Notes under the pieces: model-generated | What the model saw: the letters and a program-made list of their open reading frames with translations, nothing else | The model's database searches: none | What the model was told of the DNA's origin: nothing | Source of the DNA: a virus | Lineage: Duplodnaviria > Caudoviricetes | DNA: 30,589 nucleotides | Strand: one strand, 5' to 3' | IMG/VR virus record: IMGVR_UViG_3300008255_000343 | Coordinates: 1 to 30,589 of that record | Program-made: the position numbers and the translations under genes | Part shown: positions 1 through 7,040 of the stretch, in pieces | Position numbering within the stretch: the stretch's first letter is position 1 | How the letters are laid out: every line of letters starts with the position of its first letter

Positions 1-2
1 AT

Positions 3-131
3 GCACGGTACGATCCGCTGCCTCGAATCTTCCCGAGCCAGGTGCTACGCGAGCGGGGCCTGCAAAACAAACTGTTATCGGATTCGTTGAGACGAGTCCT
101 CGAAGATCAATTTACCGAAGGGAAAAACTAA
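3..131 (+). CDS. 3' end of an upstream gene, truncated by the window edge; product unknown
   Basis: Frame 3 is open from the edge (ARYDPLPRIFPSQVLRERG...EGKN) to TAA 129-131, 1 nt before the next ATG. Confidence 0.55.
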   Translation, partial: ARYDPLPRIFPSQVLRERGLQNKLLSDSLRRVLEDQFTEGKN

Positions 132-132
132 A

Positions 133-819
133 ATGAAGTTCATCTCACTCGACATCGAAACCACCGGGCTCGACCCCCTCGTTCACGACGTACTCGAAGT
201 CGTGGCGATCGTGGAGGATTTAAACCTCCCCGCCGAAGACGTGGCGAACCGGCCCGTGTTCCGCGCCGTGTTGTTGCCGCCTAACGGTGACGGGGCCACG
301 GGTCAGGATTACGTGTGTGAGCCGTACTGCGCAGGCATACACACCGAACTCTGGAAGGAGATCAACGCCATCGACGTTGCGATGGTCGATGAGCAGGAAT
401 GGCAGGCCGGGTTCTACTACGACGGCAAGATCAACACCGAGCCCGCCTTGTTCTACGAACCCCACACCACGTACCTGCGGCCTCGTCACCTGATGCACCA
501 TCTCGCGTCGTTCCTCGCGGATCACTTCCCTACAGACGAGAACGATGTCGTGCGAAGCGTGAACGTCGCGGGCAAGAACGCGGCGGGGTTCGATCTTCCA
601 TTTCTGAAGATGCTCCCTGAGTCCGACCTGATCTGGTTCTCGCACAGGGTCATCGACCCGTCGATCCTGTTTTGGGAAGTCGGAAATGGCAAGCTGCCCG
701 ACATCCGCGAGGTTGCACATCGGGCCGGAATACACGTCGAGAAGTTCCACACGGCCCTTGTGGACGCGGACGTGATCCGACGGGCCGTAAGAATCGGCTT
801 AGGTAACTTGACACGTTGA
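133..819 (+). CDS. DEDDh 3'-5' exonuclease (DnaQ/epsilon-like)
   Basis: Motifs LDIETTG (ExoI), GKNAAGFDLPFL (ExoII), HTALVDA (ExoIII). Confidence 0.88.
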   Translation: MKFISLDIETTGLDPLVHDVLEVVAIVEDLNLPAEDVANRPVFRAVLLPPNGDGATGQDYVCEPYCAGIHTELWKEINAIDVAMVDEQEWQAGFYYDGKINTEPALFYEPHTTYLRPRHLMHHLASFLADHFPTDENDVVRSVNVAGKNAAGFDLPFLKMLPESDLIWFSHRVIDPSILFWEVGNGKLPDIREVAHRAGIHVEKFHTALVDADVIRRAVRIGLGNLTR

Positions 820-835
820 TAATAGATGCTATACT
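808..835 (+). promoter_or_regulatory. sigma70-type promoter upstream of the SSB-like/polymerase genes
   Basis: TTGACA (808-813), 16 nt spacer, extended -10 TGcTATACT (827-835), in an AT-rich gap. Confidence 0.75.
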
Positions 836-889
836 GGAACCATTCCTAGCATCCAATACCTGAAACCGCTCCAACACAAGGAACAGAAA

Positions 890-1744
890 ATGTCGCAGTA
901 CCCGAACCAGATGCCTCAAGGCTACCAACCCCAACCGACCCAGCCCCAATACGGCGGGTATCCCCAGCCCCAATACGGCGGGTATCCCCAGCAGCCTCAA
1001 CAGCCCCCGCAGCAATGGCACCCGCCGCAGATTCCGCAGCAAGGCCCGCCGCCCGGATACGCCCCGAACCCCGTCCAGCAGCCCGGTGGTATGAACCCGC
1101 TCGCGGGCATGTTCACCGGCATCCAGAACGCTCGTCCCTCGATGAACCGCGACTTCCTGCGACCGGGCCGCTACTGGCTCAAGATCGACACGTGTCGCGT
1201 CGGGCAGAAGCGGAACATGATCCCCTTCGCCTGTGCCGACTTCGTGGTCATCGCCGTTCTCGACAACGACAACGGCCTCGGCCATCGCGTCGGCGACGAG
1301 GTTTCGTTCTTTTGCGGCAAGGACCAGCCGGAAATCTTCCTCCGGGAGATTCAGAACTTCGTCGGTGGCACGATGGAGATCGAACCGACCTCGCTCACCG
1401 AACTCGACTGCATGGAGGTCTTCGGCCCCGGCCAACCCCTCCGCGGCACGGTGGTCGAATCCATCGGTCGCACGAAGGTGACTAAAACAGGCAAGCAGCT
1501 CACGACGACCAAGTTCCAGCGGGAGGTCCCCCCCGCCGAGTTGCTGAACTGCCTGCCCGACGACCTCGTACAGCGGTTCTGGCCGGATGGCGCCCTGGCA
1601 CGCATGGCCCAGCACGGCCAACCCGCCCCCGCCGCTCAGCCCCCGATGCAGCAACCCCCTCAGCAGGCCCCCTCGTCCCAGCCCGCCCAACAGCCGTGGG
1701 CGAACCCGCAGCAGCCCCCGATGCAGTGGCCCCCGCGACAGTGA
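890..1744 (+). CDS. Replication-module protein, possibly ssDNA-binding; globular core flanked by Q/P/G/Y-rich tails
   Basis: AAGGA RBS; lies between exonuclease and polymerase; beta-rich core (FLRPGRYWLKID...) with low-complexity termini. SSB call is inferred from position. Confidence 0.5.
   Translation: MSQYPNQMPQGYQPQPTQPQYGGYPQPQYGGYPQQPQQPPQQWHPPQIPQQGPPPGYAPNPVQQPGGMNPLAGMFTGIQNARPSMNRDFLRPGRYWLKIDTCRVGQKRNMIPFACADFVVIAVLDNDNGLGHRVGDEVSFFCGKDQPEIFLREIQNFVGGTMEIEPTSLTELDCMEVFGPGQPLRGTVVESIGRTKVTKTGKQLTTTKFQREVPPAELLNCLPDDLVQRFWPDGALARMAQHGQPAPAAQPPMQQPPQQAPSSQPAQQPWANPQQPPMQWPPRQ
939..992 (+). repeat. 24-nt tandem repeat (~2.25 copies) encoding QPQYGGYP
   Basis: cccagccccaatacggcgggtatc at 939-962 and 963-986, partial copy to 992. 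Confidence 0.9.
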
Positions 1745-1762
1745 CGGATGCTCCGTAGCTCC

Positions 1763-1797
1763 ACAGGCACGTGGGGGAAACCCCACGGCGTCTGTTT
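1763..1797 (+). promoter_or_regulatory. GAAA-tetraloop hairpin directly before the polymerase start (weak terminator or translational operator)
   Basis: CGTGGGG-GAAA-CCCCACG (1770-1787), extended by ACAGGC/GTCTGT, ending 2 nt before ATG 1798. Confidence 0.55.
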
Positions 1798-3981
1798 ATG
1801 ATCGACAAACACGACAAGACGGTTGTAGGGTTCGACACGGAAACGTACCCGATCAAAGAGGCACGGCTGATTCCCCCGATCGTGTGCGCCACGATGTCGA
1901 GCGGCGGGTCTTACGACCTGACCGCTATCGCTGACCACGGCCTTGACGAGCTTCTGGATAACCTCGTCAACGACCTGTCTTTGACGTTGGTTATGCACAA
2001 CCTCGGCTTCGATCTGGCGGTTCTCTATAAGCACAACCCCAAGTGGATCACGGCCATCTTCGACGGCTTCGAGAACGGGCGATGGCACGATACGATCATC
2101 CGCGAAAAACTCCTGCTACTGGCCGATACCGGCGACCTTGAGTTTTACCACATGCCGGGCGGTCAGAAGCGACCCATCGAATACAAACTCGGCTCGCTGG
2201 TGAAACACTACTTTGGCCACGACATCTCCGCGTCGAAAGAGGACGAGGATTCGTGGCGGATGCACTTCGAGCAGCTTGCCCCGTACCCGTCCGCTCAGTG
2301 GCCAGAGGAAGCCCGAGCCTACGCGGTGAACGACGCGATCTTTGTCGAGCAGTTGTGGCACCTTCAGGAAACCCGCCGTCACGATTTCTACGCACGCACC
2401 GGCATCGACCCTCTCGAAACGCAGGATTTCCAGGCGGCTGTATCGTTCGCGTTGATGTTGCAGTCCGCTCACGGGTTCCTGCTGGATCAGAACGAGCGTC
2501 GCAGGATCGAGGACATGCTGAATCAGGAACTCACGCCCGAGAAGATGGACCTGCTTCTCAAACACGGAATCCTCCGTCCCGGCACGCCCCCTGAGCCCTA
2601 CGCGAACGGCGCTAAGGATCACGTCGCGGGCTGCACGGACAAGAAGAACTGCGACTGTCCTGTGAAGATGAAATCGGGCTCGAAGGAAAGCATCAACAAG
2701 AAGATGCTCGAAGAGTACGTTACCGAGTGGTCGAAGCGTGACCCGAACGTCGAACTGAAGATGACCGACAAGGGCAACGTCTCGGTGGATGCCGAGTGGC
2801 GGACGGATTACGCCGCCCTCGACCCGGTGATCGAACAGCTTGACCACCGCGAGAAGTTGCAGAAGCTCGTCACGACGTACCTGCCGGCGATGAACCGCAA
2901 GGATGGCACCCCCGCCGTGCTGGTTCACCCCTCGTTCAACCCGCTGGTCAGCACGGGCCGCACGAGCAGCTACGCATCGAAGATCGTGCCGTCCCTGAAC
3001 ATCCAGAACATCGACCCCCGCGTGCGTGGGTGCTTCGTGCCGAGAGCCGGGTACGTGCTATTCTCAATTGACTATGGCGGCGCGGAACTCTGCACGTTGG
3101 CTCAGACATGCCTCGATCTGTTTGGGTTCTCGAAGCTGGCAGAACTCATCAACGCCGGGCAGGATGCTCACGAGTTCCTCGGGGCTCAGATCGCCTACCA
3201 TACCGACAAGAGCTTTCAACAGGTATGTGCTCAGAACGGTTGTCAGACCCCCGACGAGGTTTTCGCGGCGTTCCACCACTGCAAGTCTCAGGAAGGGCCT
3301 ATCAAAGAGTTTTGGGCACACTACCGCAAGCTGGCCAAGCCCACGGGTCTCGGGTATCCGGGCGGGCTGGGGCCGAAGACGTTCATCGCTTATGCCAAGA
3401 CCACGTTCGGCGTGAAGGTGGATTTCGAGACCGCCTCGTTCCTCCGCGATCTGTGGCGGACCACGTTTCCCGAGATGCCCCTGTATCACAAGTGGGTAAA
3501 TGACCACTGCGTTGATCCACACCACGCCGCGGAGTACCCCTCGGACGGCGGCAAGCCCCGCAAGAAGTACGCCTACTCGTCTCCGATGGGCATGTACCGA
3601 TCCAACGCCGATTTCTGTGCGGTGGCCAACGGCAAGGCTCTACAGACCCCTACGGGCGAGGGCGCGAAACTGGCGGTATTTAATGTGTCGAGGGCTTGCT
3701 ATGACCCGTCCCTTGGGAGTATACTACTACCCGACGAGCATGGACACACCCTCGCACCTATGGCGTTTGTACACGACGAGCTTCTCGGCGAGGTCCGCGA
3801 GGATTCGATGATGCAGGCCCGCGTCGAGGAAGTGTGTCGGATCATGGCCGAGTCCATGCAGGGCGTGACACCTAATGTAAGAGTGAAGTGCGAACCCGCC
3901 CTGATGCGGCGATGGAACAAGAAAGCGGAACCCGTTTACGTGAACGGACAACTTCAGGTTTGGGAACCTGACAAACATTGA
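1798..3981 (+). CDS. polA: Phage family A DNA polymerase with N-terminal 3'-5' exonuclease
   Basis: Exo motifs FDTET, HNLGFDL, YAVNDA; polymerase motifs TGRTSS, NIQNI, A (IDYGGAEL), B (RKLAKPTGLGYPGG), C (VHDEL). ATG 1798 preferred to GTG 1771, which lies inside the hairpin. Confidence 0.95.
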   Translation: MIDKHDKTVVGFDTETYPIKEARLIPPIVCATMSSGGSYDLTAIADHGLDELLDNLVNDLSLTLVMHNLGFDLAVLYKHNPKWITAIFDGFENGRWHDTIIREKLLLLADTGDLEFYHMPGGQKRPIEYKLGSLVKHYFGHDISASKEDEDSWRMHFEQLAPYPSAQWPEEARAYAVNDAIFVEQLWHLQETRRHDFYARTGIDPLETQDFQAAVSFALMLQSAHGFLLDQNERRRIEDMLNQELTPEKMDLLLKHGILRPGTPPEPYANGAKDHVAGCTDKKNCDCPVKMKSGSKESINKKMLEEYVTEWSKRDPNVELKMTDKGNVSVDAEWRTDYAALDPVIEQLDHREKLQKLVTTYLPAMNRKDGTPAVLVHPSFNPLVSTGRTSSYASKIVPSLNIQNIDPRVRGCFVPRAGYVLFSIDYGGAELCTLAQTCLDLFGFSKLAELINAGQDAHEFLGAQIAYHTDKSFQQVCAQNGCQTPDEVFAAFHHCKSQEGPIKEFWAHYRKLAKPTGLGYPGGLGPKTFIAYAKTTFGVKVDFETASFLRDLWRTTFPEMPLYHKWVNDHCVDPHHAAEYPSDGGKPRKKYAYSSPMGMYRSNADFCAVANGKALQTPTGEGAKLAVFNVSRACYDPSLGSILLPDEHGHTLAPMAFVHDELLGEVREDSMMQARVEEVCRIMAESMQGVTPNVRVKCEPALMRRWNKKAEPVYVNGQLQVWEPDKH

Positions 3982-3995
3982 CGGAAGGAATTGAA

Positions 3996-4340
3996 ATGGC
4001 AAAGAAGGTCAGCAAGAAGGTCAGCAAGAAGGTCAGCAGGGTCAGCGGGGGGGTCGCAGAGACGGTGGCCTCGGACTCGCTGAACCTGATCCCGAAGGGC
4101 GGCAACGGTGCCGACAAGTACGGATGGCTGCTCGACAAGCTCGCGGGATTGGGGTCGGGCCAGGCCGTGGTTGTCACCCCTGACGCCGGCGTGTCGTCCG
4201 CGACCCTGTGCAATCGCCTCGGCGCCTGCATCACCTACGCGATCTCTCGTGGTCGCGTCAAGGCGCCGAAGAACCATCGGTTCGCCTTGCGTCGCACGAA
4301 GGATAACAAGGTCGCGGTGATCTGTCAGAAGATCAAGTAA
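3996..4340 (+). CDS. Small basic hypothetical protein, possibly DNA-binding
   Basis: GAAGGA RBS before ATG 3996; N-terminal KKVS x3 encoded by a 12-nt tandem repeat (4002-4037). Confidence 0.7.
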   Translation: MAKKVSKKVSKKVSRVSGGVAETVASDSLNLIPKGGNGADKYGWLLDKLAGLGSGQAVVVTPDAGVSSATLCNRLGACITYAISRGRVKAPKNHRFALRRTKDNKVAVICQKIK

Positions 4341-4351
4341 ACCCCAGGACG

Positions 4352-4389
4352 CCGGGCCGTGTGAATCCCCTCCACGGCTCGGTTCCTTT
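4352..4389 (+). terminator. Possible intrinsic terminator or RNA hairpin
   Basis: CCGGGCCGTG/CACGGCTCGG 10-bp stem followed by TTCCTTT, just after a stop codon. Confidence 0.45.
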
Positions 4390-4512
4390 ACATCGGAACG
4401 GGAAGTAGCGAGGTTAGCTTTCAGGAGCGGTTACTAGGGATCGACAGGTTCTTACATAGCCGCACCAAAGATCGAGCCTTCTAAGACACGAGCCTGAACC
4501 TGTTCTGATTTT

Positions 4513-4602
4513 ACTCTCGTAGCTCAAATGGCAGAGCTTGTGATGGCTAACTCCCATCCGTAACGCCGGCGTTGGATGCAGGTTCGAGTCCTGCCGAGAG
4601 TA
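4513..4602 (+). tRNA. tRNA-like element or pseudo-tRNA with canonical acceptor, D and T arms and an abnormal anticodon/variable region
   Basis: Acceptor ACTCTCG/CGAGAGT, D arm GCTC-AAATGGCA-GAGC, T arm GCAGG-TTCGAGT-CCTGC; 40-nt centre; no encoded CCA. Confidence 0.7.
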
Positions 4603-4605
4603 TTT

Positions 4606-5175
4606 ATGTCAAGCGGAATCCATATCGGCGTTGATCCTGACACGCAATGCACGGGCATTGCGGCGGTTCAGTTCGACATGAACGGCAAGCCTCGTCTCTA
4701 CGGAGCGTGGGTGGTCAAGAGCGAGAGGGCGCTGATGGCTGGTATCTATGCTCAGGCTTGCCTCAGCGGACGTCTCGATTTGGGCGTGTACCCGGCTCAC
4801 GTAGCGATCGAGTCGCAAGACCTAGTGTACACCGCTAAGCAGCGGATCAGCCCGCAGTCCATGATCCCGTTGATTCAGGTGACGGGGGCGTACCTGAGTT
4901 CGATGATGGCGAGATGGTCTACAGCCGAGTTCAAACTGGTCAAGCCCCGTGAATGGAAGGGCCAGCAACCGAAGAAGATCAACCAGGCCCGCACGTTCAA
5001 CAAGTTGGGGATCGAGTACAAGATGATGGGCGGGAAAGACCCCTATTGCGTGCCTACTAAGTTCCCTTTGCTCGATGGTATGGAGCCGTGGATCAACGTG
5101 AAGAACGACGGCGACTGGAAACACGTAAGCGACGCGGTGGGGATCGCCCTATGGTCGCTGCTGAATCATAAGTGA
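4606..5175 (+). CDS. RuvC-like Holliday junction resolvase
   Basis: IGVDPD...TGIA, IESQ, VKPREWKG, DAVGIALW acidic RNase H-fold pattern; ATG 4606 lies just after the tRNA-like element. Confidence 0.8.
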   Translation: MSSGIHIGVDPDTQCTGIAAVQFDMNGKPRLYGAWVVKSERALMAGIYAQACLSGRLDLGVYPAHVAIESQDLVYTAKQRISPQSMIPLIQVTGAYLSSMMARWSTAEFKLVKPREWKGQQPKKINQARTFNKLGIEYKMMGGKDPYCVPTKFPLLDGMEPWINVKNDGDWKHVSDAVGIALWSLLNHK

Positions 5176-5185
5176 GGGGTCCGCG

Positions 5186-5434
5186 ATGACAACGTGGTCA
5201 GATGATCAAAAAGAACAGGTTGCGGACGCCCTTCTAGGTACGTGTATGTCGATCTCGGAGGCTTGCGAGAAGTGCGGAGTCCCCGAAATAGAGGATATGG
5301 AAGATGTCTTGCTGGATACGGGCATCGAACACTGTACAGAATGCGGTTGGTGGGACGAGTCAACGAGGTTTAACGAGTACGGCATCTGTGCAGAATGCCA
5401 GGAAGATTACGAGGGTGACGTAGATGACGATTGA
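5186..5434 (+). CDS. Small acidic Cys-rich hypothetical protein
   Basis: GAGGGG RBS; CxxC pairs (CEKC, CTEC, CAEC). Confidence 0.7.
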   Translation: MTTWSDDQKEQVADALLGTCMSISEACEKCGVPEIEDMEDVLLDTGIEHCTECGWWDESTRFNEYGICAECQEDYEGDVDDD

Positions 5435-5615
5435 GTTCTGGTGCATCTTGTTCGCGTTCTTCGTGGCATGTGCTCGTTGTGCCGTGATGACTTCGCAGAT
5501 CAACAAGCTCCGCGAAGTTGCCCATCATCTCGAGATGCACATAGCCAACCTTGAAGCGGCGGTCAAGAGGCGTAAGGTTTACCAGTCCGCGGCGAGGCGA
5601 AAGGGTAGGGGTTAA
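5424..5615 (+). CDS. Small membrane-anchored hypothetical protein
   Basis: GAGGG RBS; hydrophobic N-terminus, coiled-coil, basic tail; tightly packed with its neighbours. Confidence 0.6.
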   Translation: MTIEFWCILFAFFVACARCAVMTSQINKLREVAHHLEMHIANLEAAVKRRKVYQSAARRKGRG

Positions 5616-5617
5616 CC

Positions 5618-5806
5618 ATGACTAAGTGGAACGAAGCGTTTTGGGCTGTAGAAGTAGACGACCCTTGGGATTTTCATCCCATCCCCGCCGAGGTCGCCGC
5701 GCAACGAGTCGTGCTTCTCAAAGACCCTCGGGTAGTGTTGGTGTCAACGCCGTCCGGCCCCGACAGCCCCCTCAAAGCGATGTACGAAGCGAAGCAAGGG
5801 AAATAA
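5618..5806 (+). CDS. Hypothetical protein
   Basis: AGGGG RBS; fills the gap between adjacent genes exactly. Confidence 0.6.
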   Translation: MTKWNEAFWAVEVDDPWDFHPIPAEVAAQRVVLLKDPRVVLVSTPSGPDSPLKAMYEAKQGK

Positions 5807-5807
5807 C

Positions 5808-6998
5808 GTGTGGGTTTATATACCGGGAACATCATCTCATTCTGCTCAGGCGTCGGCGGACTCGATCTCGGAGTCCGACTGGCGAGTCCAGGGGCTCGCA
5901 CGATCTGCTACGTGGAGAGGGAAATCGCCTGCTGCGAAATCCTTGCAACGCGGATGCAGGAAGCATCCCTTGATCTCGCGCCTCTTTGGACGAATGCCCG
6001 AACCTTCGATGGCCGACCGTGGCGTGGCCTTGTGGATGGAATCATTGGCGGAATCCCTTGTCAGCCCCACTCACTCGCGGGCTCTCGCCGGGGAAGTGAC
6101 GACGAACGCGATCTATGGGATGACTTCAAGAGAGTGCTTCTTGAATGTGAGGCTACTTGGGCTCTCATCGAGAACGTCTACGGCTTTCTCGTGCCGTCCA
6201 AATCGAAAGGGCTCCCCGCCGCCATTGTACGGGTTCTTCAAGAGCTTTCCGAAATCGGGTGGGATGCGGAATGGGTTACTCTTCGAGCGTCCGATGTTGG
6301 AGCCGCTCATCAACGCCGCCGCGTGTTCGTCCTTGCACGAAAGCGGAACGTGGCCCACGTCACAGGCAACGGACGGCGAAAAGATGTCGCACCCACGCCG
6401 CGAGGGAGATCGGACGCTTTCATCAACAACAACAACATGGACAACCCCCAAGGCCATGACAGGAGGGGCGAACTCGAACAGAGCAGCCCGAAGAGCGGGC
6501 GGTCCTTGTCTTCAGGAACAGACGCAGCATTGGCAAACCCCTCGGACAGTCGCCGGGGGCTACACGAGGGATCAAGGGAACCCGGACAAGGAACGCCTCT
6601 CGCTGATCGGGCAGGCTCGGGCTTGGCCGACGCCGAACTCGCGGGATGTGAAGGGCAGCGGACCCGCCCACACGAAGGGTGGTCGCGATCTGTCGAAGGA
6701 TGCGGAGAATTGGCCGACGCCGAACTCCAACGAGGACAAGTACAGACTTCAAGGCAGCAGCCAGCAGTCCAAGGGATTGACAGCTACTGTGATCCGCCGC
6801 TCTTCGCAGCCGGCCCCGATGACCCCCGATGGTCAGAAATCCTCGAAGCCTTCCCGTCGCTTGAACCCGCTCTTTGTGGAGTGGTTGATGGGCTGGCCGG
6901 TCGGGTGGACCGAATTAGAGCCTGTGGAAATGGCGTCGTACCTCTACAAGCTGCGATCGCACTACGAATACTTGCTGCAAGGCTTGAACAAAGCCTAG
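5808..6998 (+). CDS. Overlapping-frame methyltransferase partner (beta-type polypeptide) with W-x-T-P repeats and motif IX
   Basis: 396 open codons; five W-x-T-[PS] units; RRLNPLFVEWLMGWPVGWT is motif IX-like. True start could be internal. Confidence 0.7.
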   Translation: MWVYIPGTSSHSAQASADSISESDWRVQGLARSATWRGKSPAAKSLQRGCRKHPLISRLFGRMPEPSMADRGVALWMESLAESLVSPTHSRALAGEVTTNAIYGMTSRECFLNVRLLGLSSRTSTAFSCRPNRKGSPPPLYGFFKSFPKSGGMRNGLLFERPMLEPLINAAACSSLHESGTWPTSQATDGEKMSHPRREGDRTLSSTTTTWTTPKAMTGGANSNRAARRAGGPCLQEQTQHWQTPRTVAGGYTRDQGNPDKERLSLIGQARAWPTPNSRDVKGSGPAHTKGGRDLSKDAENWPTPNSNEDKYRLQGSSQQSKGLTATVIRRSSQPAPMTPDGQKSSKPSRRLNPLFVEWLMGWPVGWTELEPVEMASYLYKLRSHYEYLLQGLNKA

Positions 6999-7027
6999 AC
7001 ACTCGCTATACTCTCCATAGAAAGTGA
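5810..7027 (+). CDS. C5-cytosine DNA methyltransferase, alpha-type polypeptide (motifs I-VIII and X)
   Basis: SFCSGVGG (I), YVERE (II), GGIPCQPHS (IV), IENV (VI), HQRRRVF (VIII), RACGNGVVP (X); no motif IX in this frame. Confidence 0.9.
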   Translation: MGLYTGNIISFCSGVGGLDLGVRLASPGARTICYVEREIACCEILATRMQEASLDLAPLWTNARTFDGRPWRGLVDGIIGGIPCQPHSLAGSRRGSDDERDLWDDFKRVLLECEATWALIENVYGFLVPSKSKGLPAAIVRVLQELSEIGWDAEWVTLRASDVGAAHQRRRVFVLARKRNVAHVTGNGRRKDVAPTPRGRSDAFINNNNMDNPQGHDRRGELEQSSPKSGRSLSSGTDAALANPSDSRRGLHEGSREPGQGTPLADRAGSGLADAELAGCEGQRTRPHEGWSRSVEGCGELADAELQRGQVQTSRQQPAVQGIDSYCDPPLFAAGPDDPRWSEILEAFPSLEPALCGVVDGLAGRVDRIRACGNGVVPLQAAIALRILAARLEQSLDTRYTLHRK

Positions 7028-7040
7028 GAATAGAACTATG
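6979..7040 (+). promoter_or_regulatory. Promoter/RBS cassette, copy 1
   Basis: TTGAAC (6984-6989), 17 nt, TATACT (7007-7012); 23-nt core identical to 8766-8788. Confidence 0.75.

Noticed and set aside
650-1786. 378-aa - strand ORF
   Set aside because: Mirror of the Q/P-rich gene (Leu/Gly-rich as expected); no independent signals.
4547-4549. CTA amber-suppressor anticodon and genome recoding
   Set aside because: CTA is not centred in either possible loop, and the genes read intact in the standard code.
4424-4602. tmRNA or HDV-like theta ribozyme
   Set aside because: No matching Ala acceptor/T arm or tag ORF for tmRNA; no room for P3/P1.1, and it lies on the wrong side of the tRNA for a theta ribozyme.
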